IMG/VR virus record: IMGVR_UViG_2851443076_000002
Coordinates: 50,036-70,035 of that record
Source of the DNA: an uncultured virus (IMG/VR IMGVR_UViG_2851443076_000002)
Lineage: Duplodnaviria; Heunggongvirae; Uroviricota; Caudoviricetes
Length of the DNA: 20,000 nt
Reading direction: 5' to 3' (one strand)
Of this stretch, positions 7,022 to 15,430 are shown piece after piece. The notes below the pieces were generated by a model that was not told where the DNA came from, did not search any database, and saw nothing but the letters and a program-made list of their open reading frames with translations. The translations under genes were made by a program, and so were the position numbers. The number at the start of each line of letters is the position of its first letter. The first letter of the stretch is position 1.

Positions 7022-8764
7022 TCACTTATCAATTTGAAGATAGCCATACACTTTGCCAGACTCAATGCCAAAGCCATTGATGAGCGCATTAATCAAGCTA
7101 GATTCAAATTTATTCTTAAATTCAACTTTATATTCTGGGTTATGTTTTAGCCAATATCTAAAGGGGTTTTTATTTACCGGACCAGTTAAAAGCTCTCGAA
7201 CTTTATCATTTTGAGCAAAAGACTTGAATAAAGTTCTTAACTCTCCTTTAACACTTTCCGCACTTTTACCTTTTCTGTAATTCTTGATAACATCTGAGAG
7301 AGATATTTTTTCCTCGACTATATTCAGCCTATCTATTATATCAGCGCTAATTTTAAGAAACACTACCTTTGTGAAGCCATTATTTTTTTGCCAATATGAG
7401 TCTTCCTTATCCAAATTATACATGAACTCAAATAAAAGCTGGTCAGGTGGAAGAGTTGTCGGCAACAAGCATAGGCTTTTTTCAGCTTTTGCTTTTTTAG
7501 CATTCGGACCGTTATCATTTACTACATCACCATCTAAAACTATGATACTTTTATTGATAAACTCAGGAATTTTACGTGCCATCAAATCAAGCAAAGTATT
7601 GCAGCTAATATTTACATCCTTCAGTGGCGTGAGAATTTTATTTATATGTCGTTCTGTTATTAGTTGTTTAAAAAACAAATACCCCTCAAAATCCTCAAAA
7701 TATACATTTATTTTAGGAAATGCCTCTTCAGCATCAACTTTTATAGTATCAACCAGTAAATCAGCATTAATCTCTGGCCATGATAGATTTGTCTTAGCCG
7801 AAATAGGACCATATGTATCTGTGAGATACACCGTTCTATAATCTTTATCAGCAAGTTGGCTAAGTTTAAATACTTCCTCTATAAGTATTGGCGAGTGAGA
7901 AGTCATTACGATTTGTAAGTCAAGCTTACTAGCCATTCTCTTAAGAACGTTAATTAGTTCAATTTGAGCAGCAGGGAAAAGTCCTGCATCCGCCTCATCA
8001 ATCAGTAGAATACCGCCATGATAATCTTTAAACTCCTCTTTCAATCTTTTAAAAGAAAATATAGCTTGTATAATTTGTCCTACGTTATCCTCGCCGACAG
8101 AAACAGATTCGTGGTCATAGTAGTCTCCATGTACAACCATTGAGTCAATAGTTCCTGTAGTTGCAGTAATGGAGGTTCCATTTTCCTTAATGAGTAGCCT
8201 TCTGTTCATTGCTAATATTTCATTTTTATTATCAATAATATATTGCTCATCCCTCTCGCTATACTCAGGCCTCAATGTTATAGGTAGAAGCCTCTGAAGG
8301 CTAAGATATATTACAGGATGTGTAACATTGCGGCTGGTATTTTTATTCCCTAAAACATCATTATTTCTGAGGACTGGCCTTGCTTTCTGATGATATTTTG
8401 AATCAACAAGACCAAGTTTTAAATTATTTAATTCTTTTTGAAAAGCACCATCATATAGAGTTATTTGCACTTCCATCCCGCCGGGCGCATCAAATTTACT
8501 TGAAAATCTAAAATGTTCACTAAATTGTGACTTGAAGCGATTCCCTGTAAGGGTCCGAAAGGAACCTAATGACTCCGCTGGCTCCTTTGAATAATCATGA
8601 GAGAAACTAAAAATTTGTGCAATAATACCAAGTATTGTAGATTTTGACGTACCATTTTTGCCGCAAATAACAGTAATACGCTCTCCGAAGGCGATATTTA
8701 CATTTTTTAATCCGCGAAAAGCTTCCACATGCATACTACGGAGTTTAGTTAAAGGTTTAGCCAC
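7022..8764 (-). CDS. ABC-type ATPase fused to a TOPRIM-like domain (OLD/AAA_15-21-like nuclease)
   Basis: Walker A GKNGTSKST, signature SVGE, Walker B LLIDEAD, H-loop TSHSP. C-terminal VYFED and IIVLDGD acidic motifs. GTG start with AGGAAGGA RBS. Confidence 0.85.
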   Translation of the reverse strand: MAKPLTKLRSMHVEAFRGLKNVNIAFGERITVICGKNGTSKSTILGIIAQIFSFSHDYSKEPAESLGSFRTLTGNRFKSQFSEHFRFSSKFDAPGGMEVQITLYDGAFQKELNNLKLGLVDSKYHQKARPVLRNNDVLGNKNTSRNVTHPVIYLSLQRLLPITLRPEYSERDEQYIIDNKNEILAMNRRLLIKENGTSITATTGTIDSMVVHGDYYDHESVSVGEDNVGQIIQAIFSFKRLKEEFKDYHGGILLIDEADAGLFPAAQIELINVLKRMASKLDLQIVMTSHSPILIEEVFKLSQLADKDYRTVYLTDTYGPISAKTNLSWPEINADLLVDTIKVDAEEAFPKINVYFEDFEGYLFFKQLITERHINKILTPLKDVNISCNTLLDLMARKIPEFINKSIIVLDGDVVNDNGPNAKKAKAEKSLCLLPTTLPPDQLLFEFMYNLDKEDSYWQKNNGFTKVVFLKISADIIDRLNIVEEKISLSDVIKNYRKGKSAESVKGELRTLFKSFAQNDKVRELLTGPVNKNPFRYWLKHNPEYKVEFKNKFESSLINALINGFGIESGKVYGYLQIDK

Positions 8765-9524
8765 GATAAATTCCTTCCTTGCGTAAGTGATTTTTATAAA
8801 TACTATATATACTTTTTTTCACTTCAATTCAAGAAATACATCTTGTTGATACAGAGAACCTTGCATATCCAAATCAAAAGTCTGCTTAGCAGGTTTGAAT
8901 TAACAGAGAAAATACAAAATATAATCTTTTACTTACTTTTAATTCCCATGTGCTACGGAGTCGTCAAAGATGGATAGCTTAACAATTATGTCCAATGATA
9001 TCAACTTGCCCCCCCCTATTAGCTTGCTAGTACAGGTTAAACATTTAATGAAACTTATTGCTGTGATGCAGGAATATTTTTCAGCAGTATGATATTCAAC
9101 ATAATGAGTTTATGAATTTACCATTGTACTTATCATTGCTTCTTTAAAAAGTCTCTCAATTATAAGATAGCATATTTTTCTTCACTTAGTGATCTTGCAG
9201 CGTAGAAATGAACAGCATGCCTATATATTATCTGCTATTTATCATCACCTTATCCACAACCGCTTGTACTTTATTAAAAGTAGCATTTTTAGCAACTGGA
9301 TGATTTTTCTCATAAACAGAAAGCTCAGGAGTTGATAGTCTAAATGAGAGACCTACATTAAGGAAGGAAATTCTAAATATTACCAATTTACAACTCAAAA
9401 ATGCTCAAATCATGGTAGAAGGTTCCAATCCCTAAGAAATGACGATACAATCAATAGCAACATCTTTTATGTTTCGATGGGAATTCTCAACTCCTATTGC
9501 AAAAATACAAAGCGAGCTGGCAGA

Positions 9525-10520
9525 ATGAATGAAAATCTTTATCGCTTGATTATTGACTTTCAAAGTAATGTTCAGAGTGCCTTAAAAATCATGTATCGTT
9601 CAGGTATTCAGATGCCGTCCAGTTGTTATGAATGGCTCGAGTATCATATACCTATTTCAGGTGAGTTAGAAGACGGGCGAAAATATTACAAACATGGCTA
9701 TGGATGCCGGGTGTATCTAAATTCAAAGGGGGTGGACTTTGACTTCGGGGAACAGGGTGAAGTAGGTGGGTTTAATTCGTGGGGGTTAACTGAATTTGCT
9801 GGAAGTAATTTGTCATCTTATGGCTTCAGAAATTATGAGGAAGTTAATGAACAGCTGAAGAGTGCGTTAGATAATGGACAGATAGCCCCCCTGAACAATA
9901 ACCTTTACTATTTTACAGATATTCCTTTTATGTATGCATCAGATACAGACAGCCGAAATCCTGATGATATGCTACCTTGTCGCGATCGAGACCGCGTACT
10001 AACACTCCAGATTCATTATTTTGAAACAGCTGACCTCATGTTTAAAAAATACGACAAGCTTAATGAAAGAATGAAAAAGAAAGGCCTTTTGAACCGTCAA
10101 GATAAATTTGAGTGGAGAACTTACCTTGTTACATGGTTAGGTTTTTTAGGTGTTGTATGCGAAGGTTTTCGAGGGCTAAACATCCGGCTTTTACTGAATA
10201 ATGAACGCCCTAATACTTTTCAAGAATTATTACCTATTTCTAATGACATAGGGACGTTGATGAAAGCGCATTCAGATTCACTAAGAAAATTTAGAAATAA
10301 TGTTTTTCATATGAGAGAGAATAGTGATTTTCTATCCCATTTTTTTGATAAAGATGTTGAGCGTCTGTCATGGGCTCGCGAATTGCATACAGCATTATCG
10401 ATTTTTTTTTCGGAGTATAGAGTTTTATGTGAAGTACACTATATAAGAAATGGGCGCAAAGGAGAAAGCGAACTGTTCGCACTAAATCAACCTCGCGTAA
10501 AAAATAAAAATATACGCTAG
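9525..10520 (+). CDS. DUF6896-like N-terminal domain fused to a HEPN-motif C-terminal domain
   Basis: N-terminal YYKHGYGCRV...VDFDFGEQGEVGGFNSWGLTEF; helical C-terminus with RNNVFH (R-x4-H). Start could be 9477 or 9525. Confidence 0.65.
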   Translation: MNENLYRLIIDFQSNVQSALKIMYRSGIQMPSSCYEWLEYHIPISGELEDGRKYYKHGYGCRVYLNSKGVDFDFGEQGEVGGFNSWGLTEFAGSNLSSYGFRNYEEVNEQLKSALDNGQIAPLNNNLYYFTDIPFMYASDTDSRNPDDMLPCRDRDRVLTLQIHYFETADLMFKKYDKLNERMKKKGLLNRQDKFEWRTYLVTWLGFLGVVCEGFRGLNIRLLLNNERPNTFQELLPISNDIGTLMKAHSDSLRKFRNNVFHMRENSDFLSHFFDKDVERLSWARELHTALSIFFSEYRVLCEVHYIRNGRKGESELFALNQPRVKNKNIR

Positions 10521-10665
10521 CATCCAGCATCGTTAACTTATCTTTAATAAAATCGTTTCTTGCTTAACACAGAAAAAGGTCGAGACGCAGAGAAAAAAAT
10601 AAGGCGTGTCTATTTCCTAACCCTTTTATCCACCCCGCACTTCTGAAAATATTCGTTATGAAAAG

Positions 10666-11160
10666 CTAGTCTTGTTTCATTGGGGAATAACATAAATACT
10701 CTGACAAGAAATTATTTGCTTGCGCGAAAAGCAGAGCTTGTTCTTTATCAAAAAGATATTTGGCTTTATTACCATGTAATGCATTATTCCTTAACCTCAT
10801 AACCACCATGAATATAGCCTCTACTTTATCTTTCTTAGTTGGGTTTTCCAATTCTAACTTGTTACGTATTTTTGTAATTATGCCTCTATTGAAATTAGAT
10901 AGAACCTCTAGTCTTCTTTCAGAACCCACTGCCATCAGATAACGATCTTTGAAGAAAGAAAAGTATTGCTCAACATCGATATTTGTATCACGAACAAAAA
11001 CTTCGGCATAAATGCCGGCCTTTCTAAAAGTTGCATTTCCACCTAGAAAGCGTGCTTCAGTATACGAATACGCAAGACTAAGCTTTTGAAATTCATGCAA
11101 CACCGACGCAGGGATGTCCTGAGAAAGCCCCAAAAAATCACGCATGTATTCAACATCCAT
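10666..11160 (-). CDS. Stand-alone HEPN-domain protein (Apea-HEPN-like)
   Basis: All-helical 164 aa with RLRNNALHGNK (R-x4-H-G-x-K); GAGGGA RBS. Confidence 0.75.
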   Translation of the reverse strand: MDVEYMRDFLGLSQDIPASVLHEFQKLSLAYSYTEARFLGGNATFRKAGIYAEVFVRDTNIDVEQYFSFFKDRYLMAVGSERRLEVLSNFNRGIITKIRNKLELENPTKKDKVEAIFMVVMRLRNNALHGNKAKYLFDKEQALLFAQANNFLSEYLCYSPMKQD

Positions 11161-11452
11161 AAATATCCCTCACATTTTCCATCACTTTTGATTAAAAAAT
11201 AAAATATATTCTTAAATTGACATTTGTGAACATGCTATAGGTCCAAATGACTTAGCATGAATGGCGGTTCCAAAGAACCGCCACAACTCAGGCCCCACAA
11301 CTGCAACTAGAACATTTTATTAACATATACGCGACTATAATGTCCAGTAAATCTACAAGCATTGCTGTCTGAATTTGTACTACCCCTATATCTTGTTGCC
11401 GATATTTATTTTTCAATTGTTATAAATCCTTGCATTTGTTAAACAGACTCCA

Positions 11453-11665
11453 TCAAGTCAAACTCGATAGCTGCACGACGATGGTGGATTGCTGCCAGGC
11501 GTCCATGGCAAATGTTCCCCCTGGTTCTCTCTGTAACCTGATATGTTTTATGGGAACTCCGGTCATTCTAGCTACCTGTTCGGTTGTGATGCGCCCATGC
11601 TTTTTTACAAAATCAATAATCCTCCGAACATCCCACACCTTCTGCAGTAGGGTTCTTTTAGCCAT
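11453..11665 (-). CDS. Short wHTH protein (DUF977-like), possibly truncated
   Basis: MAKRTLLQKVWDVRRIIDFVKKHGRITTEQVARMTG with GAGGTG RBS right after perC; the C-terminus runs into the AT-rich cargo boundary. Confidence 0.55.
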   Translation of the reverse strand: MAKRTLLQKVWDVRRIIDFVKKHGRITTEQVARMTGVPIKHIRLQREPGGTFAMDAWQQSTIVVQLSSLT

Positions 11666-11667
11666 AG

Positions 11668-12108
11668 TCAACACCTCGCCGCGTTGCGCAGGCAGCGGTT
11701 GCGCATTCTGGCCAGCAACCAGAGCTCGTTTGCTGTTGTTGTCATTCCAAGCATCGATGTATAAACAGTCGCAGCTCGGCGCCACAGCTTTTTGTCTTCC
11801 AGCATCTTAGCCAAGGACAGTGCGTTTTGGACTTTTTTCACATCCTCTTCAGATAATGGTGTTGCAGTCTGCGGCAGGGCAACATCGGGAACCTCAACGC
11901 CTGCAACAACCCGGTAGACATACTGGCAACCGTTATGGGTACGATGGAGTTTTCCCGCGGCATGGAGCTGCCGCAGCAAGTTACCTGCTGTACTGGCTTG
12001 CAAGTCGAGCGCATCGCAGACATCCTGCAGGACGCATTCTGGCGTCCGGCTAACGATGGCAAGCACCATCTGTGCTTTGGTTACTTTGGTTTTTGATTGT
12101 TTGGTCAT
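11668..12108 (-). CDS. wHTH + PerC-family protein
   Basis: N-terminal HTH (LQDVCDALDLQASTAGNLLRQL); C-terminal AKMLEDKKLWRRAATVY...RNRCL PerC signature. Confidence 0.82.
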   Translation of the reverse strand: MTKQSKTKVTKAQMVLAIVSRTPECVLQDVCDALDLQASTAGNLLRQLHAAGKLHRTHNGCQYVYRVVAGVEVPDVALPQTATPLSEEDVKKVQNALSLAKMLEDKKLWRRAATVYTSMLGMTTTANELWLLARMRNRCLRNAARC

Positions 12109-12121
12109 GGTCAAAACTCGT

Positions 12122-12793
12122 TTACTTGGTTAAACCTGCCGCCTTGCGGCGTTTGTACTCTTCCATCAGAAGCTGTGCTGGTGTAGGCCCAGCCGGATGT
12201 CGCGGCGCTTCAAGCTGTCGGCGAATCGGCGGGATCGAGAATCCATTAGCCAGGTGCTTCGTCCACTTCGTAAGTAATTTTTCTGCCAGTTTTTTTAGTT
12301 CCCCCTCTGTGAGGTTTCGCTCAACTCCCGTTCTGCGCATCTCAACGCAAATGTGATACAGCACGTCCTGTTTCCAGGGATATCTGTCGCTGCCCGAAAA
12401 GCGATAAGACTCATTGCGCCAGCGCTTGTATTCAGCCATCACAGCTTCGGACGTCAGGTTGAATGGGTTGGCTCCACTCGCCGAAACCAGCGCAACGAAT
12501 TCAGCCAGATCCGGTGGCCATGTGTTACCCGCGGCGCAGCGTTCCATGCACTGGCGGCAGACCAGGGTAATCTGGGCATCACTCATCGATCCAATCTGGG
12601 CAATCCACATATCCGAGGGAGCCGCCCCGTTCTTCTGGGTCCACCGGTTCGAGAATATCTCCCCCATGACCGTCCATAGCCGCCATGCCGTATCCGCCGC
12701 CAGCAAGTCCGCGTTGCTTCTCCCAGAGCTCTCTGGCTTCCTGAATTTGCTGGACTGCCCGGGATGCGGTGTTAACTGATTGAATTCTTGCAT
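12122..12793 (-). CDS. Replication protein P-like (helicase loader)
   Basis: Follows the initiator; contains WTQKNG and WPPDLAEF motifs. ATG 12793 has GGAGGT 7 nt upstream. Confidence 0.78.
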   Translation of the reverse strand: MQEFNQLTPHPGQSSKFRKPESSGRSNADLLAADTAWRLWTVMGEIFSNRWTQKNGAAPSDMWIAQIGSMSDAQITLVCRQCMERCAAGNTWPPDLAEFVALVSASGANPFNLTSEAVMAEYKRWRNESYRFSGSDRYPWKQDVLYHICVEMRRTGVERNLTEGELKKLAEKLLTKWTKHLANGFSIPPIRRQLEAPRHPAGPTPAQLLMEEYKRRKAAGLTK

Positions 12794-13562
12794 TGCCGTT
12801 ACCTCCGGTTGCTGGTTGTGGTTTGGATTTGGCTCTGGCATTTATCACGCTGCGGGCAAATTTCTGCTCCCACTGAACCTGAGTGAACACTTTCCCCTCG
12901 GATTTCCAGTACGCGGTGAACTCTGCCAGCTCTGTCGGCAGGTATGCCGGTTCGGGAAGCGCTATTCCCCAGGTAGCAGCCAGTCGCGGCCAGTCCTGTG
13001 ACGGCAGCCAAAGGTCGTGCATGGCGAATTTCCCGATCGGAATATCCACTCCAGGCAGATACTGAGGTTCCTGAAAAACATTTCCCTTGTGCGCATAGAG
13101 AGTGGGGTTTGATCCTTTTCCCTTCCCTTCCCTTCCTTTTCCGTCAGTGAGTCCTCCATGAGGATTCACTGAGTCCTCACTGAGCCCTCCTTGATTAGGA
13201 GCTCTCTTTTCTTCCTTTCCTGCCTTAGACTCAGTGAATTCTGGCGGAAGAGGTATTTTTGAGGCCGAAGGCCTGTTTATTTTTTGATGCTTAAGGAAAC
13301 CTTTAATCTGCAAATAGCAGACATCATTCACTGAATACTCAGTGAGTAATCCATGAGTAATCAGTTCCTGTATTAGTGGTTCGCAATCGAGCGCGTCCGC
13401 AGGGAAGATTTGCATCTTCAACCGTTTTGGCGAACGCTCAAGGCATCCCATATCGTTGGCGAAGTTGAACAACCCGATAAACAGGAGACGCGCTGGAATT
13501 GAACATTCCACCACCTTCTCATCTGTCCAGAATTCAGGTTTAACTGTTCTGATGCGGGCCAT
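12579..13562 (-). CDS. Replication initiator with DnaT-like DNA-binding domain
   Basis: MARIRTVKPEFWTDEK N-terminus typical of phage replisome organisers; GKFAMHDLW...ELAEFTAYW...QWEQKFAR DnaT-like domain; internal iterons. Confidence 0.88.
   Translation of the reverse strand: MARIRTVKPEFWTDEKVVECSIPARLLFIGLFNFANDMGCLERSPKRLKMQIFPADALDCEPLIQELITHGLLTEYSVNDVCYLQIKGFLKHQKINRPSASKIPLPPEFTESKAGKEEKRAPNQGGLSEDSVNPHGGLTDGKGREGKGKGSNPTLYAHKGNVFQEPQYLPGVDIPIGKFAMHDLWLPSQDWPRLAATWGIALPEPAYLPTELAEFTAYWKSEGKVFTQVQWEQKFARSVINARAKSKPQPATGGNGNARIQSVNTASRAVQQIQEARELWEKQRGLAGGGYGMAAMDGHGGDILEPVDPEERGGSLGYVDCPDWIDE
13117..13365. repeat. Putative replication origin: 11-bp-period iterons and a (CCCTT)n tract
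   Basis: TCAGTGAGTCC TCCATGAGGAT TCACTGAGTCC TCACTGAGCCC (13144-13187); TCACTGAATAC TCAGTGAGTAA TCCATGAGTAA (13328-13360); single TCAGTGAAT at 13231; pyrimidine tract 13117-13140. Confidence 0.75.
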
Positions 13563-13613
13563 CTGAAACCTCTTATTAGCCAGCTGGTGCTGGTGGTCAT
13601 TGTCAAAACTCGA

Positions 13614-14168
13614 TTAGAAAAACTGCGGCGCTACGGCGCTGATGCTCGCCAGAAGTGGTCCCGCCGCATCTGCAGGAAGCATGTTAAAAAGTGCAATTGC
13701 TGCCTCCCGAATTTCACGCTCTAACTTCTGCAACGGAGCACCAAGCAATTTTGCCTGGTGCGCTTCGCTACACTCTTTGATTGCTTGAGCCACCAGCTCG
13801 CTTTCAGTCAATCCACGTTTCAATCCGTGTTTGCGCGCAATCTCAATAGGCATCGCATCAGCGATCGCTCCTGAAAGCTGCATGACGTAGCTGGTGTACT
13901 TCTCTGATCCGGATTCGTTTTTCAGGTAGCGGTACAGATTCTGTTTATTGACGTTTATTCCGCGACCGTTTTGTTTTCTCCATTGCTCATCCACCAGCTG
14001 CGCGATGTGGTCCTGTGCACGTCCAGGTAAAGTCGACTCCCATTCCTGAACGGCAGCAAAAATTGCTCTACTCTTCATCCGAGCCCGGCGTAGACCGGAA
14101 AACTGATTTTCTGAGTTCAGTTGCAGGCCCATTACCGGGTTATGATTTTTAAAAGAGATGGTTTGCAT
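13614..14168 (-). CDS. ydaT: CII-like YdaT-family protein
   Basis: Directly after the cro-like gene; AVQEWESTLPG...NKQNLYRYL...AIKECSEAHQAKLLGAP...EIREA motifs. Confidence 0.85.
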   Translation of the reverse strand: MQTISFKNHNPVMGLQLNSENQFSGLRRARMKSRAIFAAVQEWESTLPGRAQDHIAQLVDEQWRKQNGRGINVNKQNLYRYLKNESGSEKYTSYVMQLSGAIADAMPIEIARKHGLKRGLTESELVAQAIKECSEAHQAKLLGAPLQKLEREIREAAIALFNMLPADAAGPLLASISAVAPQFF

Positions 14169-14170
14169 GC

Positions 14171-14392
14171 TTACTCCTTCGGTAATCCATCCGTTGGGTT
14201 TGGGTAGAGATCTGGTCTGAGTTCATGCGGAGTAACTTTCCACTCCAATGCCTTACTGACTTTCAGAACCAACTCGCCGGGAACTTTATGTTTGAACCAA
14301 CCATTTACTGTTTGTGCTCGCCGATTAAGCCGCCGTCCGATTTCCGATTGGCTACACACGGCAAGTAATTTTTTTTGAAGTGATGGCTTCAT
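14171..14392 (-). CDS. ydaS: Cro-like YdaS-family regulator
   Basis: HTH SQSEIGRRLNRRAQTVNGW; C-terminal VTPHELRPDLYPNPTDGLP; divergent from the repressor. Confidence 0.88.
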   Translation of the reverse strand: MKPSLQKKLLAVCSQSEIGRRLNRRAQTVNGWFKHKVPGELVLKVSKALEWKVTPHELRPDLYPNPTDGLPKE

Positions 14393-14408
14393 GCGCTGCT
14401 CCACTAAG

Positions 14409-14496
14409 AACTGTAAATTTGAATTACAGTTTAATCAGTTTATTTCGATAGTGTCAAATCATTCGATATGAGGCCTGAAGAAAAAATCTGTATAAT
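14409..14496. promoter_or_regulatory. oR region: pR, pRM-like -10 and operator-like repeats
   Basis: Minus strand TTGACA(14457-52)-N18-TAAACT; plus strand TATAAT 14491-96; palindrome AACTGTAA-N7-TTACAGTT; AGTTTATTTCGATA matches AGTTTATATCGATA at 15029-15042. Confidence 0.7.
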
Positions 14497-14503
14497 CTTT
14501 CTC

Positions 14504-14917
14504 ATGTGTTTGTTTGGGTGGATGAAGATGAACTTTGGTGTTCGACTGCAACGAGTCTTAGATGAGATAGGAATGTCTCAATCAGAACTGGGGCGGAGGA
14601 TCGGTGCGACATCCCAATCAGTGAATGGCTGGTGTCAGGCTGGAATCCTTCCCAGAAAAGAAATGCTTGAGCAACTTCCTGATATAACAGGAAAACCTTT
14701 GTATTGGTTTTTCATGACAGATGAAGACGAAGAGACGCTGCAACCGCCAAGATCGGAAGATATCTATGTCCTTACCCCGGAGACCAAAAAGCTCATAGAA
14801 ATTTACGATCAGCTTCCTCAAGTGGAGCAAGAACGATTCGTCGGGTTAATGCAGTTAAGGCTGGAAGAACTCGATGCTTTCATGAACGAATATTTAATGA
14901 AACGAAAGAAAGACTAG
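14504..14917 (+). CDS. CI-like XRE repressor (DicA/RacR-type, no S24 peptidase domain)
   Basis: HTH MSQSELGRRIGATSQSVNGW; short helical C-terminus. Start uncertain (14504, 14522 or 14528). Confidence 0.88.
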   Translation: MCLFGWMKMNFGVRLQRVLDEIGMSQSELGRRIGATSQSVNGWCQAGILPRKEMLEQLPDITGKPLYWFFMTDEDEETLQPPRSEDIYVLTPETKKLIEIYDQLPQVEQERFVGLMQLRLEELDAFMNEYLMKRKKD

Positions 14918-14942
14918 AACAGCCTTCCCCCCCTTCATAAGC

Positions 14943-14964
14943 GCCGCCTTCGGGCGGTTTTTTT
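14943..14964 (+). terminator. Terminator after the repressor gene
   Basis: GCCGCC-TTCG-GGCGGT followed by a T run. Confidence 0.9.
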
Positions 14965-15006
14965 GTGCCTGCTCCCCACCTCACATCCAATTCTGAAATT
15001 TAAATC

Positions 15007-15047
15007 ATCAGTTTTAATTGACAGCTGTAGTTTATATCGATAATACT
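15007..15047 (+). promoter_or_regulatory. pL-like promoter / oL
   Basis: TTGACA 15018-23 with an AT-rich -10 region (GATAATACT), overlapped by operator-like repeats shared with oR. Confidence 0.7.
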
Positions 15048-15063
15048 ATCTCCGTCCTATGAC

Positions 15064-15127
15064 GTCATCGAGGCAGGAAGCCCACGAAGTAGCTGCCGGC
15101 GGCATACGAAACACCGGATGAGATGAC
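15064..15127 (+). ncRNA. Structured leader RNA, possibly sRNA-Xcc1-like
   Basis: Closed by GTCATC/GATGAC with internal GGCAG/CTGCC and CCGG...ATACGAAACA...CCGG. The family name is from recollection and needs Rfam confirmation. Confidence 0.45.
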
Positions 15128-15189
15128 AGCAATATCAATCGCAGCAGGTTAAATGTTCGGCTGCCCGGCCTTAAGGGAAGGAAATAAGT

Positions 15190-15312
15190 ATGGATAAAGC
15201 ATACGAAGACTATTTTGAAAACCTCTCTGAAGGTGAAGAGGCACTGAGTTTCAGCGAGTTTACCGCGGCACTTTCAGGTAAGCCGGCAGACTACGCCTCT
15301 TCTGAGATGTAA
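15190..15312 (+). CDS. ydfB: YdfB-like 40-aa acidic protein (not in the ORF track)
   Basis: MDKAYEDYFENLSEGEEALSFSEFTAALS closely resembles Qin YdfB (KAYEEYFEGLAEGEEALSFSEF); GGGAAGGA RBS. Confidence 0.8.
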   Translation: MDKAYEDYFENLSEGEEALSFSEFTAALSGKPADYASSEM

Positions 15313-15323
15313 TGGAAATCCTG

Positions 15324-15402
15324 CGCGCTTCGTGGTGGTGAATTGCAGGGTGAAAAAGCTCAATCGTGAAGATCAGCGTCACGACACCACCGACGAAGCG
15401 CG
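15324..15402 (+). ncRNA. Three-way-junction RNA element in a long closing stem
   Basis: CGCGCTTCGT-GGTGGTG / CACCACC-G-ACGAAGCGCG, enclosing ATTG..CAAT and CGTGA..TCACG hairpins. Confidence 0.55.
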
Positions 15403-15430
15403 TCGAAGTAGTGAAAATAAAAAATCAGGG

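Noticed and set aside
6942..7025. 28-codon N-terminal extension of the methyltransferase
   Set aside because: ATG 6941 has a clear RBS and directly precedes the conserved PLRYPGGK motif.
7284..7841. 185-aa plus-strand ORF
   Set aside because: Antisense to the ATPase gene; Ser/Phe/Leu-rich composition typical of a shadow frame.
8800..9480. Possible decayed gene in the AT-rich gap
   Set aside because: Only short interrupted frames with no recognisable motif; a pseudogene cannot be supported without a TBLASTX search.
15107..15122. Hammerhead-like words CGAAAC and GATGA
   Set aside because: The core would need CUGAUGA; the sequence is CGGAUGA and the stems do not fit hammerhead topology.
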